64,000 nucleotides of DNA, from the NCBI GenBank assembly GCA_030698625.1, contig JAUYMS010000021.1, forward strand, positions 6,227 to 70,226, written 5' to 3'. This document shows, piece by piece, positions 52,801 to 61,800 of this stretch. The DNA is from Candidatus Omnitrophota bacterium. GTDB taxonomy: Bacteria; Omnitrophota; Omnitrophia; Omnitrophales; Aquincolibacteriaceae. The notes below the pieces were generated by a model. The model was not told the DNA's origin. It was given only the letters and a program-made list of their open reading frames with translations, and made no database searches. Each line of letters begins with the position of its first letter. Position 1 is the first letter of the stretch. The translations under genes and the position numbers were made by a program.

Positions 52801-55800
52801 TCCGGCCAGCGACGAGGGCATGGCGCTCTATGCTATCGGGCTCAGAGACTTTATACGGCACTTCGAGGCCGGCGACTTGTCGACGGAAAACGCCCGGATT
52901 GCGGCGGCCATCATGCCGACTGTGACCAGCCTCCTTGCCCGGCTCGAAAAACGCGCCCAATTAGTTGAAATGGTCAATACCGAAGGCAAACGTCTGGATG
53001 CCGCTCAAGAAGACGTGAGGCGTCGCGTGACGGATCTCTTCAAAAAGCTACTTTATCGAAAGGCAGATTGGCTTACTCTGACGGCAGAAACCAAAGAGAT
53101 TCGCGTGCAATCAAGCCCGGTACATCCGACAGAACAGAAAAGCGTAACCCGCTATTCCGTAACCGAGAAGATGCCGCAATCAGTCGTTACCTCGGACGAC
53201 CTCCCGTCAAATTACGACAACTTAGTCTTTCGTTTGAAGCTACTGGGAGACGTCAAGAAGAAAGTCGGCGATGCTCTCGCTGACATCGGTGAGGAGCGTT
53301 TCAATACCCACCATGATCACCTGCTGGTGGGGGAATTGACATTCGAAGAGTCGGTAAGATTCGGTATTGAAATCCAGGGCCGCGGGGAGAACCCGGAAAG
53401 CGTCAAAATTACAATTCTTGCAATGGATGCGGATGTCACGATAAGCCGTCCCAGGGGTATTCGACGCTCCGAGCTCAGAATGCAGGACGACGATGATGAG
53501 GAGGATGCTAAGCTGACGGTTGCCGAGGTCGAGCGCATTCTTTCCGAAAGCCCGAGTGTTGAAAATCTATACCGCATTATGGATAAGCTCACGGAAATCA
53601 ATAAAATTCCCGGTTCGAGCAAAAACAATCTGAGCGTTCCTCCTGCGATACTTTCATCCCTGCTCCTTCATTATGATGCCGCCGAGCGCGTGCTGAAGCA
53701 GGGGCAGGGCCTCGCCATGCAGTTGACTTACATGGGCGCGATCGCGAGTTGGTATCGCCGTCACCAAGACGACATTCTGGCCGCCTATGTCACGTACGGA
53801 GACGTCACCATCCTTGAAGCCCTTCGTGATTTCGCGGCTATTTATGCTCCGCAGGATCACATAACGAGTGCTATTCAAGCGGCGATATTTGAATTCAAGG
53901 CTCCGGCGGTTCAAGAGGAGAAGGCCGTGGAGAGTGAGGACGATGTCCTGCGCTTGAACGGTTTTAAACTGAAGGTGCGATACGCCGATCTCGAAATGCG
54001 CCGCCGGGCGACGGAAGACGTGCTCTACGGAGAATGGGCGCTCGCACCAGCTGATGCCTCGAAGCTTATGGGTATTGACGGCGACCGCCTCCGGGCGAGG
54101 CGCGCGATGCTCATGAAATATTTCAAATCCTTGCAGCCGTCTCCCCATGTCATTTTTGACCCCATTTTAAGTCCGGCACTCTTGCGTTTAAGGCTTACAA
54201 GTGTGCGAAATACGGTACTCGCGTTCCCCGAGACACTCGAGGAATTTGAAAAGCAGCTCCGGGAAGAATTGGCGAAAGAGGGTCTCGCAAGTGATGGGGA
54301 ATTCTTCAAGCAGCGTGATGACCTCTATGGCCGCGAGATGTGGGAAGCCGTAGAAAACGAGATTCGCCTGGAAAGCGAGACCCGGGCCGAATCCAACCGC
54401 GAACGTTTGCACCGGAACCTGCTGGTGCAGCAATTCCGCGAATGGTTCCTGGGCCTGTCGCCGATATTGCCGGAGGAAGCCATGCCACAAAATGTTTTTA
54501 CGGATGACCGGAGCTCCTTTGTTGTTCCCTTTGACGTCGTGCGCCATGAATCCCGCGCGACACTCTCGATCGCACCCAGGTTTCGCAAGGATGAGAACGG
54601 TGAGCCCCGCACGATTTGGCTGCGTGCGGCGGAGCACCCCGTGACCCGCGAAAAGATGATCACGCTTCACCTTCGCCCCGACGGCGAGGTCCTGGGTTAT
54701 GCCTTATGGGATGAATACGACCAGAAATTTCGTGGATATGAAGGACCGATGCTCCACACTCAATATGCCAATCCCGCTCGGCGTCACTTCGAGTCCTATG
54801 TCTATGATCCGTACAACGTCACACCGATGAAGCCGCGCCGGATGAAGGTTCGCGGCACGATTCGTGAGCAGCGGCGCATCACCCTGCTGCCGTCGTTTGA
54901 GGGCAAAGATTACAGCAATGTCTATAACGTGAATTTCAAGACGAAGGAATCCGTCAAGGTTGAGACTGTTGCCATTGCCGGTGAGAGCCGTTTTATCCTG
55001 CATCTGGCCGCAAAACCGGGGAGGCGGGAGCAAAAGATCGTACGCTACGCTCATGATGACGAAGTGAGGCTGCTTACTCCCGAAGACGAGTTGGTGAAGA
55101 GGTTAGCTTCCGATTGGACAAAGGAAATGCCGCGCGCAATTGCGTTGGACCGGACTAAGGCGGGCCTTCTGAACTTTCGCAAAGAGAGCGTCGATCAACA
55201 GGGCTTGACGGTGAGACTGCCCAAGGTCAAGAAGGATTGGGATCGCCAGGTATTTGTGACCTTCCACCTCCAACGCGTCGACGGAAAACTCCAAAAGGTG
55301 ATTGATGTTTATGGGAGAAACAAGAAATGGGATGAGGAAGGCCGTCCTGTTGAACATATCTGGAGCGGATATTACGACGAGGATGAGGATGCGATGATCG
55401 TCTTTGACGATTTTGAGCGGCGGCGTCTGGTCGGCCACGAGCGCTATGATATCCAACTGCATGCCTGGAGTTTGCGTTATGCCGAGCGCCCGGGGGATAT
55501 CTTTACACCGGCCGAGACTGAGCATCTGATTCGTCTCGCGACACTCGATAAGCCGCATACTTTGGAAGAGGTGTGGAAAAATTTCGGAGGTGAAAATTAT
55601 TCAATCGAGTATCTGGAAAGTGTCTTCAAGAAGCTGCAGTCGCCGCGCTTGACGCCTGCGAGGCGCCTTGTCCATGTCGGTAACAACCGGTACTCGTCTC
55701 TGCTGAGGATCCGGATTACCCGGCATAATGAATACACGCACAATCACCGGCGTTATCATCTGGCCTACGACAACTACGACCTGGAAGACGTAACATCCTG

Positions 55801-58800
55801 GACGGCCTTTGAAGATAACCTGCCGCTGACGCATTACTTTTTTGACCACAATGTCCCGACTCTCCATTTGAAGCATGCCTGGGATCTTGACGGCAAACTG
55901 ATCGGATTCGGCACGCGGCGTGTCGACGGCCTGGGTGAAAGTTTTGTCTTCGGTAATTACGGACTCGAGAAAAAGGCGCGCGTTTCCGTAACGACAGCAG
56001 GAAACCGATTCCGCGTTCCCGGTAAGATGGGAGAAGTGGTCGCCGGTGTGGTCGTTGATGGGGCACTGATGCGGGTCGATTGGTTTCGCAAGGGCACTGA
56101 AATTCATAATATCTATGACATGAGCCAGATCGGCTTGGGAATCATTCGCTTGAAAGACGGGATTAAGCCGACTCGGAGCGCGACGCGGGCCGAACACGGT
56201 GAACTGCATGCACGGACGCTGCAAGCCTTAGTGGACAAGACGTGGACCGCCGCATGGATGCTCGAAGATACCGTGCAGCGTGCTCTTGACGAGAATGTCA
56301 GTGCGGCGCTCAGTAAAAGGCAGGCAAATGCCGCCAAGATCGTCAACCTGGGCCCTGATAGCCGGGGCACGGGCATCTTAGGGGCTAATGACGATGACTA
56401 TGGCATCACCTTCGGCGTCCAATTCCAGAGTCGCGCCCATCTCAACAGGTTCCTCAAGAAGGGCGACATGACGGCGCTTGAAGAAGTGCGCCGGATCTTT
56501 GAGCGTGCAGGCATGCAGCTCAGTTTAAAAAAGAAGGATACTAAGCGCACCGAAGGAAAAAAGATTGAATACCTCGGTCTGTACCGGGGTCGGCATATTC
56601 CCGTCAAGATCCGCCTTTATGCGAGGGCCGACAAGAAAGGGAGTATTTACAACGACCGGTTTGAGAATCAAATGGGCAAATTAAAGCGTCTCCGCGCCAG
56701 CGCCTTCCACCTCAAAGAGGAGATTAAAAAGTTTAAGGAATTTGCGCGCGAGGCAGGCATCTATGGCGACCTGGGAGATGTGCTCATGGAACAGCTCGTG
56801 ATCCAATCGGGAGAGGCAACCCATGCCGGCACCTATATCCGTGGCCGCGGAACCGCGATTAAAGCTCTGGATTGGATTCTCAACGAAGGGTACGGGTATC
56901 GCGGCAAACCTATTCGCTGGGCGGAAGTGAAGAAGAACTTCAAGGTTCATTATCCCGGTTATACCGAAAACATCCTGGCCGAGTTGAACGCCAAGACGTG
57001 GAATCAGTTGCTGGAGATGGCCAATACATTGCGAGGAGAAATCGTCGGCCGCAGCCGGGTTTCGCGCCATATTCGATCGGGAGTGCGGAAGGGAAAACTT
57101 GAAAAGGGTCTGCGCGTTATTGACGGCAGGGAGTTTGAGGGCATGTACCTGCTTTCCGAGAATCATAAGCGCATCACTTTGTGGGGATATGTACGCCTCA
57201 ATATTCCGCCACATGCCAAACCCTCGGAAATCGAACTTCATATTGATCCGGCGCCGCACATTGCGTCTGACGCGTGGACGGCCTCTCTGTGGTACAAGCG
57301 TCCCTCGGTGCCCATCGACTCGGTCGTCATCTTTAGCAAGGGGCAACTTATCGAAAAGGGTCCCCTCGCGGACGGGCGCGCAGGCTTCGCGCCTGTACGC
57401 GGTCCGATACCGGCTATCAAGACAAAATTTCGCGTTAGGGGAACCGAGGCACAGCGGTCTCGTTCGGCGACGCTGAAGGAAATCAAGCAAGCCTATCAGC
57501 AGAGGCTGTGGCTTGTCAGCGGGGGAGGCAAGATCCCCAAAGTTCAACCGCTGACTATATACAATGGTGTCGAGGAGTTGCTTCTTGCGCAGGGTGGCCA
57601 AACGATCGAGATTCCGTTAGGAGATGAATTCAACGGGAAGCGTGCGCGGCGTTCCTGGGTCCTTTTTCCAGAACTTGGTCCGGATGCCCGCGGGGTCGCC
57701 TATACCAGGCGCATCGGCAACCGGACGATCAGAAAGGAATTCGTACTGTTTCAGAACGGACGATTTGTGAAGGCGAGACGCGTCCAAAGCCAGCGCTCCG
57801 AGCTGCGCCAGCACGGTTATGGCACCGCGACAGTGGATGAGATTGTTTCGGACTCGAGGTTTCGCACCTTGCGCTATGACCGTAATGATTTTCTGTCGCG
57901 TCAAACTCCGGAGGCCCCGGTTAATTACGCTGCGCTCCGTGAGAGTTTGAAAGAGCTGGTCTCATACGCGGCCGGCCATGCGATGCCCTATCGCGATGTC
58001 GATGCCCCCAGGATCCTGGTCCAGATGGGCCTCGAAGATAAAGCCCATATATTGCAATTTCTCGATCCGAGTGCTATCGATGCCGTCGATGTGTTTCTAC
58101 ACAGCCTCATCTACCGAATCCGCATTCAGTTCATCGAGACGCCGACCGGTCTTTTTAGATTGAACGGAAAATTCCGGACTTCTTTGATCCAGTCTGATGA
58201 TCAGAACTTCTACACGATTCAAATTCCGATTAAGGAAAAGGACGGCCGCGATTTGTTTAGTCCCGAAGAGCGGGCAGTTATTATCGCCTATGACATAGCG
58301 TATGCCGCGGGCCTGTCGAAGGGGATGGATGAGGAAGCCGCCGATGCCTATGCCTGGCTCTTTACGGGCCTTTACAGCGTTATCTTCTTCTCCAAGCCGA
58401 ATGCGGTGAAGAGCAAGTACGAAAGACTTGCTCGGGAACTTAAGGAATTCGGCGAGCCGCAGGAATACATGACGCGCATGACGGTGGGTGACGCCGTGAT
58501 CGAGATCAAACAAGGCGACCTGACACTCGAGGCTGTGGATGCGCTGGCCTATGGCTCGAATCCGGATATTCAGTTCGGTATCGGCGCAAGCGGCGCCATC
58601 GCGCGAAGAGGGGGTGACGCCGTATTAGCGGAAGCTGCTATGAAGCCGCGCCTTGCGCCGGGTGAAGCGACATCGACTACTGCGGGCGAGATGGCCGCGA
58701 AACACGTGATTCACGCGGCTGTTTCTGATGAGTTCCTGAGGACCGATCTCAATGTGATTCGCGATGCTACCCAAAGCAGTCTCATTGAAGCGGACCGGCT

Positions 58801-61800
58801 GGAAGATGTTACCTCACTTGCGTTTTCTGCTTTCGGAACGGGTACGCTCGGCATTCCCTATAACGAATCGGCAGACGTCATGCTCGATGTCATCGAAGAA
58901 CATCTGGCAAGTTCCGGCACATCTCTGAAGAAAGTGGTCATCGTCCTGTTCGAAACAGATGCTTACGACGAATACGTTGAGGCGCTCATGAGACGGAGCC
59001 GCGGCCGGTCGGAATTGCGCGACGGTATTTCTGCCCTGCTTGCGCAAATAAATCAGGAGCCGATCCCGCTCATTGACGGGCCGGTAATGATCATGATGGG
59101 CGTGATTGCCGTCACAGTGTTTCTTGTATATTACTTCATGGTCGTGCGGCCGCGCTTGCGGAAATGGGTGGAGGAAGAGCAAAAGAAGAAAGAGGTCAAG
59201 GCGTCGCGGAAGCGCCCGGTGAAGTCAGCGCGGCAGGATAGGCTCAATTATGCCGCCGAGCAGCTCGGGAAATTTAAGGCCCAGGCCACCGATCAGCGGT
59301 ACAGCTCGCAGGGGCAATTGAGAGATGCCCGCGATGCGGCGGCCAGTCGTTACAAGCAAAGGTTCGGTGAGGATAGCACCCATAAGCGTTTGAGATTAGA
59401 TCTGGCACTTGCCTTCGAGGAGATTATGCGCGACCGAGGTGTTGCAGAAACCACGATCGAAGCGGACTGGCCGGACAAGGTGAAACGGCCGCGAGTGGAC
59501 AAATGGCGCAAGTGGTTCCGCAAGCGCGGCACGGCCCTGCTTCTATATAGAGAGTTTGTTGAAAAGCAGAAGGACGATACAGAGCAGGCGGCACGGTTTG
59601 AATTCAAGGAAGGACAGTACCAAAAATACATCGATAAGTTCGGTGAAGATCCGAAAGACAAGCGCCGTCGGCAACTGAAAGCCTGGTTGGAGACGAGTTA
59701 TGAGAAAGCGCTGCGCCGTCGGGGTGCACCGGCAGAATTGCAGCCGGTCGTCGACGAGCCTGCCGCTGTGGTTACTGAACCGGCGGAACTGCCTGCCGTC
59801 CAGGGGGTCGAAGCTCAGCCCGAGCCGCACCCGGAGCCATCGGTAGCAGTTGCCGAATCGGTTGTCCATACGCCGGCGAAGCCGACAGCAGAGTCTACCT
59901 TGGAAGAGTTTCGCGCCCAAAACGCGGGGATATACAGCGGCATGGCCAGAGTGGCTGTCACGACGAGTTCGACCCGTGAGCGGGCCGATGAATTACTGGC
60001 TCAGTTTGATCAAGCCGTGCAGTCTGCGATAGAACGATTTGCGGCTCTGCTGGATGAAGAAGAGGCGGCTCGCTTCCGTGTCATTGCCGCTACTACTGAT
60101 TTTATTCTGAGCGCGCGCGCAACGATTCAGGATCATGTGCAAACCTTTGTGGATGCCGATAATGCGCGCGACTTGTTGAGAGAGGCTCTTTCAACCATTG
60201 ACCATGATATTCGCCGCCGCATCAGGCACATACGCATGGCCGACGACGGAACTGTCCCTGCCGATGCCGTAAGGTTCGACGATATTTTCCAGCATCCCGG
60301 AGTCACCGGTTTTCGGGCATTGGTGGATGAACAGCCTCTGCCGGAAGCTGAAAAAGCAGAGTGGAAGCCGCGCGCGGCCGATATCGCGGAGCAGTTAAAG
60401 GTTGTCTTGGAAGATCGCTTGGCGACGGGTGTGTGGAAGACGGCGCCGGGCATTATCGCGAACCTTGAGAGGGAATTACGGCCGCAAGTCGTCAATCTTT
60501 CTTTGCACGGTGATGCGATCAACCGGCATGAACGGGTGCGCGCGATTCGCACGTGGTTGTCTGTGAATATCCCGCATGAACGCGGTAGAAAGGATCAGGC
60601 CGATTACCACAACCGGTTGCGTGAGGTCGGAGACGTCGTTCGCCGATTGCGAGGAGAGTCAGACGCCATTCTGGCGGACCCGGAGCGGTTTCGTGCCGCC
60701 TTAGCCGTGCACGACGATCCGATTGCCTTCGGTGTCTTGGCGGCCAATCAGGGCGATTTTGAATTTGCCGAAAAAGTTTTAACATCACTTATTCTAGACG
60801 ATGTATCCAAGTCCAGAGAGGAGCAGGCGGTGAGCGCAAATGCGGCACTTGCCCTATCGGGACTCTACGATAAACGGGGCCGTTTCGGTGACGCGTATCA
60901 GCTAGTCTCGACTCAGGCCGCATATCTCAAAGCAGCAAATCCGGATTTGTCGGCTGCCGGTGACGTGCACGCTTCCGATACGCTCGCCAGGGTGCTCGTG
61001 ATTCGGGCGATTAGAGATCTTGAAGAGAGCCAAACAACGATGTTGCAGGAAAATTTGAGCCGTGATCCGGCAAACCGCTGGGTGGGCGGAGTCGTTATTT
61101 CATCCGCTCGAGTCATCGCAGGCATTCGCGATTTACAGCGCAACGTGGCCGATCTTTCGCTTCGCGGCGATGCCATTCTTGACCACCCGGCCGTGCAAGC
61201 GGCGCGTGAATGGCTCAATCGCAATCTGCCTCACGACACGGAAGGTGAGAGTAAAACCGCTTATGACCAACTGACCGCGGAAGTCGACCGCATGGCCAGC
61301 CAGCTTGTAGCTGAGTCCGCGAAAATCATCGGTGATCCGGTAACATTCAGCGAGGTTCTGAGTAACCTAGAAAACCCCGTCGCCTTTGGTGTGCAGGCAG
61401 CCTACGACGGCGATTTCGATTTCGCGGAAAAGGTCCTGCTGTCAATCGCGGGGCGCGACTTCCCGGCATTATTTCGGTCGCGTGCAGCAGGTACGACTTC
61501 AGAGAACGATGTGACGCTGCAACTACGCAGCACGGAGGCGGCCCGCCAGCTTGCCATTCTTTATGAACGCCGGGGACGCAGTGGCGAAGCTCATGCATTG
61601 CTCGAAGAGCAACTCGATTGGCTTTATCTGGTCAACCCGTGGCTGCGTAAGGAAGGCATAAGTGTCGGCAGTCAGAGTCGGCTGCGAGCCGTGGCGGCAA
61701 GCCTGGAAGCAACGTTGGCGAATAGCACGCTTCAATCCGCCGAACTTTTTAGAGCGCGCGGCGATCAAGCGGCAGCGCGAGAGGGTTATCGCCAAACACA

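Larger units (their letters stand above)
49997..53479 (+). other. paralogous module B (~1,150 aa) of giant protein
   Basis: Begins RSELRAEEAAVLQPGQTDYNQLFKDG and ends ...NTHHDHLLVGELTFEESVRFGIEIQGRGENPESV...RRSELR. Shared blocks with module A include VIGDA.F.KLRN, YDT..TR.RQE.FHVLESGWG, ADLLLSE, IQ.RH.AR, GWG, NLVF.LKLLG.VK. Confidence 0.7.
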
